Source: Camelus ferus (taxonomy: Eukaryota). From it: a stretch of DNA of 64,000 nucleotides. Location: contig NC_045696.1 of the NCBI RefSeq assembly GCF_009834535.1, forward strand, positions 89,592,001-89,656,000. The letters run 5' to 3'. Both the position numbers and the translations under genes were made by a program. Each line of letters starts with the position of its first letter. Within the stretch, counting starts at the first letter, position 1. Below, piece after piece: positions 13,011 through 24,192 of the stretch. The notes beneath the pieces were generated by a model. That model had not been told where the DNA came from. It ran no database searches and saw only the letters and a program-made list of their open reading frames with translations.

Positions 13011-13066
13011 GTGAATTGAGTTTGAAAGGATCAGTAATATCAATGAGTTAATTTCACTATTCATGG

Positions 13067-13231
13067 TGAAGGGTGGCAAAGTATGCTACCCCAAGGTGTG
13101 CCTTTTTGGCAAAGGATTATTTTTGAGCTGATTATTTTGAGAAACAGCAGACACAGGAAAAGCTTTGAAAACAGAGCATAAGTCACCCTTTTGTAAGGGA
13201 GATTTATATTTATAAAGGAAATCTCCATTTG

Positions 13232-13281
<50 letters not shown>

Positions 13282-13628
13282 TACCAGGAAGAGAAAGATG
13301 ACTCTAAGCCATCAGAAACTCCTGTAAATGGAGACTTAAAAAAATGTAAATCTGCATAACAAACTCTCCTGCTCATGGTTATCTCTCCCATAACTGGTCT
13401 CCCTCACACCATTTTTTTTCTTTTAAGTTTAAGATGGCATTTAAGCCTGAATTCTAAAGCCACCTCTTTGAGAATTACTCATTTTCCTCTGGGTATCTCA
13501 TGTATACATGAGGCATACACGTTAATAAACTTCTGTTTGCTTTTCTCTTATTAATCTGTCTTTTGTTACAGGGGCCCCAGCTGAGAAGTTAGAAGGGTAG
13601 AGGGAAAATTAATTTTTCCTTCTCTATG
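13067..13628 (+). mobile_element. ERV1 solo LTR (MER34-like) with internal (TC)n
   Basis: Starts tgaagggtggcaaagtatgctacccca; contains aataaa and ends ...gggaaaattaatttttccttctctatg. Possible 4-bp TSD atgg/atga. Confidence 0.8.
13236..13276. repeat. (TC)~20 microsatellite
   Basis: Direct reading. Confidence 0.98.
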
Positions 13629-16600
13629 ATGAGAAGAAAGGCATTCCAGGCAGAGAAGACAGCACATGTGAAATAACGGGGATGTGAGTCAGCAACAGAA
13701 GATACAGGAGCTACACACTGTTCTAGGTGGTGGGAATGAAGAGTGCATGGGTGGATGTTAGGTTACTGGGAAAGGAAGCTACAAACGAATTTGATTGATG
13801 GAGGCAGGGGCACCAGTATGGTGTGTGGTGATGGGTGGTGGTAGATTTGACTAATTAGTCAGTGGGGTAGGGCAATAATTTGGGCCAGAATTGTTAAGAA
13901 CCTAAATAAGACAATGACAGTGAAGATAAATCCATGGGGCTTGGTGATGGAGGGGGTAAGGAAGGGTTAGTGAGCAGGAACGGTCTTGGATCATTCCTAG
14001 GATTTTGGTTGATGTGAATTTAAGGATGATGTCTCTTCATTGAAAGTTCAGGCTGGTTGAGGGGAAGATAAAGAAGGTAATAGGTTCTATGGGACATGGA
14101 GACATTTGCCAAAGACACAAAGGAGACAAACAGTGGTAAGCTCCTCATACAAATTCCACAATGCTTATTTAACCAGAATGTAGCCAAGAAGGCTCAACTC
14201 TGAATCCCAGACAAATTCCTTGAACCCCATCAAGCCCTGAACTACTTAGAGATAAAAGCCACATGGTGCCTTGGATCTCCCTGTCTCTTGAAGACTTTAA
14301 AATTGTCAGTGAGAAGAGGAATGAAGGTAGAAAGAAATGAAACTAGATGGGGGGTGGAGCAGTGGGGTGTGAGAAGCAGTGGGGTGTGTGAGAGGTAAGG
14401 TTGAGGTGACAGTGGGGATCAAGTGGTGACTGAATTGGTAACAGGAAAGGACGTGGAGAACAGGGAAGAGTGGGGACTCTGGAGGAAGGGTCAATAGTAG
14501 GACAGGACCTGGGGATGTCAGCTGGAACCTGCAATGGGAGAAGAAAACAAGGCAGTGGCCATGTTGAAGTCACATTTTAAGGGTTTGGTAGCTGAGAATG
14601 ACCTAAGGGTGGGAACTGTTCTCTGACACTGTTCACTTTGCTGTGGGTCCTTTATAGACCCCCATTCAAGGCATTTAAGACAGGGTCAGCAGAGGGCCCA
14701 TAGCGCCCAGCACAGCCCCTTGCACATGGTAGGCACTCTGTCAATGTTTGTTGGATGTGTTCATAACTGAACACCAAAGGTGCCAACAGTGGTTTCATTC
14801 AGGAAGAATTCTTGCCATGGAGAGCTGCAGGGCAAAGAAGCTCTAGGATAGCTGGGATGGAGCTCATCTTTCATGGTGGGGACAAGTCTTCTGAATAACT
14901 TGGTGGCCTGTTAATTGTACTGCACAGCAATCAGTCAAGCGTTGGGATCTGCCGTGACAGATACATTTAGCCCAACCAACCAATCTGTCAAGAATCACAA
15001 AGCAATTGAGCAGCTCAGTCAGAAGGGACTGAAGTGCTGCTGCGTGAACGCCAGCTACCTGGTTTCAAGGAAAACTGAGCTGAAAGACCCCTATTCTATC
15101 AGCCTCGTTTCTGGAATTAGCAGCGGGCTCAAGAGAAGGCTCTTCTCTTGAATCAGTGACTGTTGCTCAGTCGTGAACTTAGGGGATTTGGGTTATTTGA
15201 ACATGCGATTGTTTGATTTTTTAGAAAATATGCAGTAGGTCGTAATTCTCATTACAAAAATATTTTACTATAATGCCTGGGTATTGAAAACCCTGCAAAA
15301 AAAGGCTCTGTTGATTCCAAGCTTAAAGGTTAAGTGTATTGTGACATGACGAAAAGGAAAACCTAGTTCTTCTGGGAAAGACCCTGTCCCCATGCAGGTG
15401 TGCGTGTGCGCCTGTATTCACCTCCTTGTTCTCACTGTGGGCCTGAATTTACTAGCACAGACTGAATAAAGCACGGAGTGGGGAGTGAAGTGAGACGGAG
15501 CTGTAGTTGCTGTGGAAACCACAGCACTGATCTTCATGACACACGTACCCTCAGCTCTAACATCCTACAAATGACTTAATAATGGATGGATTCACTTTTT
15601 GCAAACACTCTCTAAAGCTATCTTAAAACTGGGAAGATTCTAGAGTTTTGTTTTTGTAAATTTCAGATCTAGGTAATTTTTTGGGGGGAGCATAGCCAAA
15701 TCTCTGAAAACTGTTGAGTTTTTGTTGTTGAGTTTGCTTTACATACAAAAAGTACAGAATAGATGCTAATTCCATAGGACTGATGTGGGCTCTATCTATA
15801 GTAACAATCAGAGATGTGCTAACAAAATCATGGATAGTTCAGTGTTCATTCTTACTGCGTTTTCCATTTGCTCTTTGGGAACATTTCAATTCTAGCTGAA
15901 AAAGGCACCGTCCTCTCTAGTCTAAGCTATTAATGGTCAGCATCCCCCAAAGTGGCAGCTCAATTATGGGTGCTGGGACCCAATTAATCCTTTCTGATGA
16001 CTTTATCTACTTGGTTTATATCCAAGACTGCTGGCAGGAAATTCATCTCTGTATTTCTTTCCAAATATAAAGTTGGCAGATTTCACCTACTTTCTCTTTA
16101 TATACGTTTTTATCCTCAAAGGAAAGAAAGATCTTAGAATTGGTGTGAAAAAGATTCTACTTCAGTGAAACCCAAACTATCTTTAATAATGTTAAATGTC
16201 ATAATAGTTTTAGGTGATGAGTAGAGTCACTTTTGAACCCTCAATTTATGGTATAAGTTCTCATTAAAAAACCAAAACTCTCCCTGTTGACATTTGGGGG
16301 TGACATAAGCATAAGTATAGCACTCTCAATCTTGAGATTACAAGAAAATTGATTCAATTTTCATAGCCACCAGCCAAAGTAAATATATCTTTGTTCCAAA
16401 TCTTCAATTATCTCAGTAACACTCTTTTGACCTAGGTTGTGAGAACTGCATGGTAAATTAATACAATTTGCCACCGGCTTGCTCTTGAAACCTATGGGCT
16501 GATCAAATCCTTGTGTAACAGAACTCTATGGCTCACATATTTTTGCCACAGGATAATTTTGTGATACCAAGTTCACTGGTAAACGTGTTTTCTTTTTGTA

Positions 16601-17689
16601 GAGATTGGATAAGAAAAGTTGATGCGGCAGAATAATATTTTGAAATATTACTGAATGTATTTTTTTCTTCTTGGTAACTTCCTTGTACCCTCAGCCTGAG
16701 AGAAATGCACATCTTAGAGAAAGGAGAACACAATAAAATGGTGAGAACAGAGTCATACTCTTGGTTTTGAGTTTTCAAGGACAGTCTTCAAAGCTAGAGC
16801 TTTCAACTCTTGAGAGTAAGTTTCTTGATAAGAGAAAACATTTTATTGTTATTATTTGTTTATTGGTTTCATTCCAAAAGTTTGAATACCGAGGCAAAGC
16901 ATGGAGGGCTCAGAGCTTAGAGTAGATAGAATAAACATGAAACAGGAGGAATTCCTCAATAAGCACAGAATATTTTCCTGCAATGTGAGAGGCGACAGAA
17001 GCATTCCTGGGATGGATGAGAAGCTTGGCAGAGAGAGAGAGGAGAAAGAGGACTCCCTTTCCCATTTTGCTTGAGTCTGAGTAGGGAGGGGAGTGAGGTC
17101 ATGAAAGACAAAATGTCCAGCAAAGTTTGGATCTGACTGTAGAGGGGATTTTTGCCCCAGCTCCTGTCTGGGAAAATAGAGCTTCTCAGGTGAGGTTTCA
17201 GGCAGAGAGGACCTGAGGCTGTTGCATGGCAATCATATGGCCCCAGAGGGGAGCCCAGCAGCTGAGAATTTCCCATGTTTTCTAGTGGCACAGGTTAGGA
17301 CTGGGTGCAGGTCAGTGGACCTAAAGCAGCCTCATGGTTGAGATGAACAAGAATTGTCTGAGCGATCAAAGTGCAGAAGTGAGTGCAGGCGTTTCTATAG
17401 AGGAAGGAGGCCAATGAATGCCTAAGAAGGGGAGAATGCAGGGTTAGAATCCAGAAAAAAATGGAAGACCTCACAGACTAAACCACTGTCTAAGGATGTG
17501 CAAAGCCCTGGGACTTACACAGTTTTGAGTTACCGATTACTGAAGATCTACCCGAGAGAGACTGACTGTAACCTGGAGGTGGAATCAATGTATTTGAAAT
17601 TCCTCCACGAGCTGAAATAAGGGCTCAGGAGCTAAGTTCAATTATAGAGAAAAAACATATCCTTTTACATTCATTTTTAGTTTTAATCT

Positions 17690-18600
17690 TCAGAGATTCT
17701 CTTTGACTCATTTAAAAAACTTTGACAATTTTTATAGATTCATGCTCTTTTCAGATATTTTCAAGCTTTAAAAATTTCTTTAACTACAACAAGCATTTTC
17801 CTTTAATAATCTAAGGGTGGTAACTCCAACATCCGAAGTCTCTGAGGGTCTGATTCTGCTGTCTGTTCTTCCCACAGGGTGGTTCTTGCTCTTCGTGCCG
17901 CGTTTCTTTGTGTCCTTGGTTCCCTTCGATTCTGTGCTTCTCGCACCACTTGAGAACGTATATGTTGAGGATTCTCAAAGGCCCAATAAGATGAAGGTGC
18001 CTTCCTCTGGGGAAGGTTTGCACTTGCTTCTTTCGGGGGCTTGGGCAGACTATCAGTCTGGTACCACTCTCAACTAGATTTTGGGCAATGATACAAGTTT
18101 GGGGCTGCACATTTTAGGCTTCAAATAGTCCTATGGTTACAGCCTCTTGGGTTTCCTTTTCTTTTCCTCCTGCTCTGCTCTGCTCTGGGCTAAAGCAACC
18201 CTTTCTATGGCTCTCTGAGGGGGAGTGGGAGGGGATGGGCTGACCTCTGGGGTAGCCCACTCTGTTCCACTTAATATGGGGTTCTTGATTATACTCTCCA
18301 CTTCTGGTGGACTTTGGGGTCTGATTTCCATTCCTCTCACCCTAGGAATCCACTGAAGCCACCACTCAGTTTCACAGCCCAAACAGGCAAATGCCCTTGG
18401 AACAAAAGCAGCTTCTAGTGTGTGGCCTATTTTACTGTGTTCTCTTCTATTCTGGGCCTAGTAATGCTTTACTGTGTGCCTACTGATGTTTTTAATAAAG
18501 ATGAAAGCATATTTTATTTAGTACTTTTAGTAATTTTCAATAGGAGGATTGGCCTGAATAAATTAGTTTGGCAGTGCTGGACATCAGAAGTCCTGCCTGA
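17690..18600 (-). mobile_element. Old L1 5'/ORF1-proximal relic (L1M-type)
   Basis: gtctctgagggtctgattctgctgtctgttc and aatgcccttggaacaaaagcagcttctagtg resemble antisense L1M 5' regions. Confidence 0.5.
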
Positions 18601-19149
18601 GTTATGTGAGTGTGAAATTCATGCCCACGAGATCTATACTGAGGTAAGAAAAGAATCTTCTGAACTCTGGCATGGACAAAGACAACTGAGAGTAGTATGT
18701 TTCCTTTTTAAAAGTTTCCTGTGTATAGCAAATTGGTTGGGTAAGTTTGGGAATTTAAGCAAGCTCTTTTCATAAAAGTCGTAGAGCTATTTAAGACGGA
18801 AGTCTAAGAAAAATTGAACGGTATCATGTTGATTACAGAATTAAAGAATTATAAATAATTGCCACTGGTTTTTTTCCCCTGAAATTTTAGGTTTTTGATT
18901 CTACACAGAATGTGGAATATAAGTAGGAAGCAGACAAATTATTGTTCAGAATTAATTTTCAAGTAACCAGAAAATAAAAACGTTAGGTTTTGACATTAAG
19001 ACATGAAATAACTTTGTCATGAATTTTGTGTTATGTTTCCTATAGCGGATTTAATTTAATTGTTTTTACTAAGTCGTTTGGAAGGGAATAAAACTAAGAA
19101 GAGCTCAAGTTCCTATTGCAGAACTTGGAGTCTTTTTGGGGAGGGCATG

Positions 19150-19280
19150 CACAGAAAGATGTAAGCTTCACAAGGGGCAGGGATGCTTGTCTGTTTTGTT
19201 CACTGCTGTATTTCCAGGGCCGAGTGCAGATCCTGCTACCTAGTGGTGGCTTGATAAATATTTGTTGAGTGAAGGAAATA
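19150..19280 (+). mobile_element. L2 3' end
   Basis: gatgtaagcttcacaaggggcagggatgcttgtctgttttgttcactgctgtatttccag...aaatatttgttgagtgaa. Confidence 0.85.
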
Positions 19281-19549
19281 ACTGGGATGGGTACGAATTA
19301 ACAACAAGGAGGAAACTAAGTCCACTTGCAGTGAGCTCCCCTGAGCTCAGGATGATACAAACAACCCTGAAGTTGGAAGGTCAGGTGATACCCAGATGCA
19401 TCTTGAGGAAAGTTTTGAAATTTGATGGACAGACCATGCATAGACTGTTGATAAGGAAGCCTTGAAGTAGGCAAGATGGGGAGGGGATTCACACAAAGAA
19501 AAGAAAGTATTTTCAGACTGAAAAGGGATGTAAGAGATTTAATCTAGAA

Positions 19550-19750
19550 CAGTGTTTTTAAAAATTTTATTCTATCCACCAGAGTCTTATTTCCAAATAA
19601 ATTTTATGAGGAAGCACAAGAGGAGCTCTGGTTGCAATGGAGATGGAGAAACCTCGAGCCACTCTTCCACTCTGCCTCCCCCAGTGGCAGCCCCTGTCGT
19701 TCCCCATGGAAGGAACCTCCAGGGCTTCACCGAGCAATCTGAGGGCAGCT
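19550..19750. mobile_element. hAT-Charlie MITE (MER112-like)
   Basis: cagtgtttttaaaa start; gagctctggttg and ggaacctccagggcttcac internal motifs. Confidence 0.5.
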
Positions 19751-20029
19751 TATATTGGCCCAAGTTTACAACTGGACTGAGGAGGAGGTGTGGACAAGGC
19801 CAGTGAGAAGGCATTGGGAAAGCAGAGGGAAGACTTTTCACCATCAAGGGATGGGTCTAAATACAGTGAGGTGATCCAAAGGAACCATGCTAGGTTTTCA
19901 TAGAGTAAATGACACGATGAATGTAGACCTTCAGGAGTATTTCAGAAATGATCGAAGGAAAACACAAGGGCAGGGCACCAGCTAAGAGACAGCTGCAGTG
20001 ACCCAGGCAAGAGCAGTGAGGTTCTGAGC

Positions 20030-20200
20030 TTTAATATTCACAGGAATGACCTAGGTAGCTTGTTTAAAACACAGGTCTAATGTCTAATTCCTACTTCTGG
20101 AAATTCTGAATCAATAGGTTTGAGATAAGGCTCAGAAATCTGAATTTTAACAAGCATCCTTGATAATTCTGATGCAAGATCAAATTTAGAGAAATACAGT
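20030..20200. mobile_element. MER5-type hAT MITE
   Basis: gcttgtttaaaacacagg...ttctgaatcaatagg...gaaatctgaattttaacaagcatccttgataattctgatgca. Confidence 0.8.
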
Positions 20201-20268
20201 TAAAACTGAATATATTTCTCACTTCTACTTTCCTCCTCTGTCAATTTTATAGTTAAAATTACATTAGG

Positions 20269-20676
20269 GATCTAGACATTATCATACGAAGTGAATTAAG
20301 TCAGACAGAGAAAGACAAACATCATATGGTATCACTTACATGTGGAATCTAAAAAAATGATACAAATGAACTTCTTTACAAAACAGAAATAAGACTCACA
20401 GACATAGAAAACAAACTTATGGTTACCAAAGGGGAAAGCAGGGGAGAGATAAATTAGGAATTTGGGATTAACATATACACACTACCATATATAAAATAGA
20501 TAAACAACAAGGACCTACTGTATAGCACAGGAAACTATATTCAATATCTTGTAATAACCCAAAATGAAAAAGAATCTGGAAAAGAATAGACATATGTATG
20601 TATATATAACTGAATCACTTTGCTGTACATCTGAAACTAACACAACATTGTAAATCAAATATACTTCAATTTTTTG
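20269..20676 (+). mobile_element. Young L1 3'-end fragment
   Basis: Same 3'UTR family. TSD aaaattacattagg (20255-20268) / aaaagtatattagg (20677-20690). Confidence 0.92.
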
Positions 20677-20879
20677 AAAAGTATATTAGGAATAAGGAGG
20701 AAGGAACTACTTAAGTGAGGACCATCTAAAATGAAAGGCATCAATGGAATATACAAATGAAACAATAGTTTGAATGTCAGTTGTGAAATCTGAGCCCAAA
20801 GGGAGTTTTATAAGGAGTGTGTTGGTAGCAATAATTCCAGTTGCCAAGGGACCCAGCTCACACAGTGTCATGCTCAGAT

Positions 20880-21100
20880 TCCATGCTTTGTCTGGTGTGC
20901 TTAGGTCACCAGATGGTCAGTCCATGCCAGTCATTTTTCTGTGATAGCATCCTCCGGGGATGTCTAAAAGAAGTACATAATTTCCTCCCAAGATCTAGAT
21001 TTTTCAAAGATTCATATGTACCCCAGTCATCTACTGTTTCGACTTTATCATCCACAAATTCATTTAAACTCTTCTTGAATTTTCCTTTTTTTTTCGGTAG
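20880..21100 (-). mobile_element. Ancient CR1/L3-like 3' relic
   Basis: Minus-strand translation FKKSLNEFVDD resembles the CR1 ORF2 C-terminus (FKKGLDKFMD-type), followed by a CR1-like 3'UTR (ggactgaccatctggtgacc). Confidence 0.45.
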
Positions 21101-21329
21101 TTCCTTGGTATCACTGTGACCCAAATGTAAATGAACATGAAGTAATCAAGCAGCTGAACTTGGACGAGATGCTCCAATCACTTTCTCATGTTTCTTAGCT
21201 GGAGCTGAGGTCTTTCCTGAAGTCATTTCATGCTCAACTGGCTTTCCTGGCAATTGTTCAACCTTAGCAGTGTCTTCTTTAGACACTCAGTATTCCCTTA
21301 ACACGGTAAAGAAAAAGGAAGGAGAGAAA

Positions 21330-21490
21330 ACTAACATTTATTGAGTGCTCACTATGTACCAGGCCTTTTAAATATGTTATCTCATTGACAGGTTGCAATA
21401 TTTTTAAGAAGAGGAAGCTGAGGCTCAGAAAGGATAAGTAACTGAGGTTGAGAGAAGTGAAGTGAGTTGCTTAAGACCCCTCACAGTCAG
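21330..21490 (-). mobile_element. MIR SINE
   Basis: ctaacatttattgagtgctcactatgtaccagg...gaggaagctgaggctcaga. Confidence 0.8.
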
Positions 21491-21674
21491 GCGAAAGAGG
21501 AAATTAAGAAGGAAAGGAAATAGAAGAGAGAAAGTCTCGATCACTTGTGGCCACTGAGAATGTCCCTGGCTATTGAGAAGAATGTGTATGTTCTGCTGGA
21601 GCCTTTGGGCTCCTGGGGAAGCTTCTCTGTGAGAGCTCTGGCATCACCTTCCTGAAGATTCCAAGCCACACTCA

Positions 21675-21898
21675 GATAAATTAGGAGTTTGGGATTAACA
21701 GATACACATTTCTGTATAAAGTAGATGAACAACAAGGACCTACTGTATAGCACAGGGAACTATATTCAATTTCTTATAGTAATATATAATGAAAAAGAAT
21801 CTGAAAAAAATATGTATGTATATGTATAACGGAATCACTTTACTGTACACCTGAAACTAACATTGTAAATCAACTACACTTCAATTGAAAAATAAAAA
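21675..21898 (+). mobile_element. Young L1 3'-end fragment
   Basis: gataaattaggagtttgggattaacag...caacaaggacctactgtatagcacagggaac...A tail. Confidence 0.92.
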
Positions 21899-23721
21899 GA
21901 ATGCTACGTGCTACTCCCTATCTTCCCACTACCTCCCCAGGCACGTGTGCGGCCTGTAGGGATTGGGTTCAGCCTTGCCCTTCCAGGAAACGTCTAGTTC
22001 AGATTCTCTCTTTAAGATGGAGTGAGCAGTGGGGTGGAGGTGGTGGTGATTCGCCCAAAATCACATAGAAAGAAAGTAACAAGCTTGGGAGCAGAAACCA
22101 GACCTCTTAGCCCCTGAGCACCTGCCCTGTGCTAAACCAAGACAACATGGGCTTCCATTTGCTCCCTTGAGAGTCTAGCTGTGAAATCCATGGGGAGTGT
22201 AGAGATGGTTTGGAGCAGGAAAGAAAGATGAGGACAGGGTCCCTGGACTGGAGGGGTCATTACAGCAGTGCTTCTGCACCAGGTACGAGGGCGGCCCGAT
22301 GCTCCCTCAGATAGGCACTGTGTGCTCCAGGAAGAGTTCTTGCTCGTCAAAGTTTGGGAAAGCTGGATTACAGTGAAATTAGTGCCTTTTCTGAAAGACC
22401 TCTCAGAGCCTTTAGTTTATTTATGTGATACTAAACTCCAAGACGTGTATATTCAATACAAGTGTGGACAGGCTTCCCTTCTCACAGTCTCCCCACCTCC
22501 TTTCCCTGCCCAGCACATGAGAAAGTCTGTGGAACGTGGTTTGGATAACACCAAGTCATGCCAAGTCAAGTAACTAAATTGGAAGATATTTTCCAAAGTC
22601 CAACTGATGACAGGTCCAGTGAAAAGAGATGAGGAAAGCAGCCTAGAAAGCAGGGAAACTCGCCCTGAACAAGTAAACTGTGGTATATCAGTGACTTAAC
22701 GGAATATTCTTCAGGCACAAAAATAACAATAATTTTGAAGATGCTAAGATAATGTGTGTAATGTTTATAGACTATCATTAAACAAGAAAAAACCTAAAAG
22801 CACAAAATTTTATCTATTCTATGATTGCAACTGTATGAAAAATTATATGTGCATGTGGTCGAGAACTGGAGGAAAATAGGAAATAATGAAATAGATCTTG
22901 ATTAGGATTATAGACTCACCAAAGGCTTTAAAAAAAGTCTGTTACTTGTGATGATGTTAGTTTTACAATAAAAAGTAAAATGAAAAAAACAGCACCTGAG
23001 AATTAATTTCCCCCTTCTTTTTCATTAAGAATTTTCTTTCTCCTCCTCATTGTCTGGGAACCCAGACCTTCTGCAGAAAGATAATCAGTCAGGGAAATGC
23101 TGTTGTGTTTGCTTCTCCCACCAAAAAGGAAAAGAAAAAAAGAAGGAATTTCTGATTAAATCGTGCAACCTTCACTTGCAAGGAGGAGATTAATGCCCGT
23201 GCGCCCAGACCACGTGTGGCATGTGATTAAAACCTGCGCCTGCAGATCAGGAGACACTGAGGAATCAGTGGCCGTTTCTCCATGTACACAGTACTTTGCC
23301 ACTTTCTCTCAGATAAATTAGACAAGGGAATTACAAGGCCAACATCTGAAATTTTATATTTAGAACATATATAGCTATATGCTGGCTTTGGGATCTTTCA
23401 TTATAATGATCAGTAATGAAAATAAAGTTTTAAAATACATATGTTTAGACTGAGCATTCAGAAGAGAACCAGGAATACTGTTCCTCCCAGGCCATGTTAT
23501 TTATGTGCTACTGTGTAAAACCCCAAAGAATATTAATCATTGTAACAAACAGCCTTAATAACACAAGGCGAGGCAAAGCATACCCTAAGTGATTTTAACA
23601 TATCTATTCACAAACAGGAACTGCAAGCCTACTACGTGCATTGCTGCTCTCAGGGAGTAGGGAAGACTCAGTAGGAACAGGACAGCAGTGCATTAAGAAA
23701 ATGTACACTTCTACCAATGGA

Positions 23722-24192
23722 TGGGCAATGCTGAACTTCCTCTGAGCCCTGCGCTCCTGGAAAACAGTGACAGTTATCTCCCTCCCCTTTATGTTCTGGA
23801 AAATGGCTTACTGCAAAGAGCCACCCTTCTCCATGTGACTTAGATAAGGCACTTGAATGACCCCCTTTGTCTACTTACAAGAGGGACAGACACAGCCTCT
23901 CCAAATGCCCCCCTTTGTCTTGTAACTGATTAGCTGAACTGTTTGTCTCCTCAAAACTAGCTAGCCACAGAGGCAAATGTTCCCTGGTCCTGACTGGCAG
24001 GGACTTTCTCCTGGCAGAAGCATCCCAGCTGGAAACAACTTCCCCTATAACTTGTCTCCTTCTCCCTACACAAGTCCAAGGCAAAACCACGATGCTAAGA
24101 GGCTCTGATTTTCAGATCTGCGGTGCTCTCCTGATTGCAGGTAGAAAAATAAAAGCAATTTTCTTCCTTGCTTCATTTTTTTTCCCTCAACA
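23722..24192 (+). mobile_element. ERV1 solo LTR (MER92-like)
   Basis: tg...ca bounded; atgctgaacttcctctgagccctg, ggcttactgcaaagagccacccttc, gacttagataag, tgattagctgaactgtttg; aataaa near the end. Confidence 0.65.

Noticed and set aside
14320..14560. G-rich tract as a G-quadruplex element or Pro/His-rich minus-strand ORF
   Set aside because: Low-complexity purine-rich DNA; the ORFs reflect composition only.
16900..17680. Possible ancient LTR
   Set aside because: Composition is suggestive, but I could not match termini or family with confidence.
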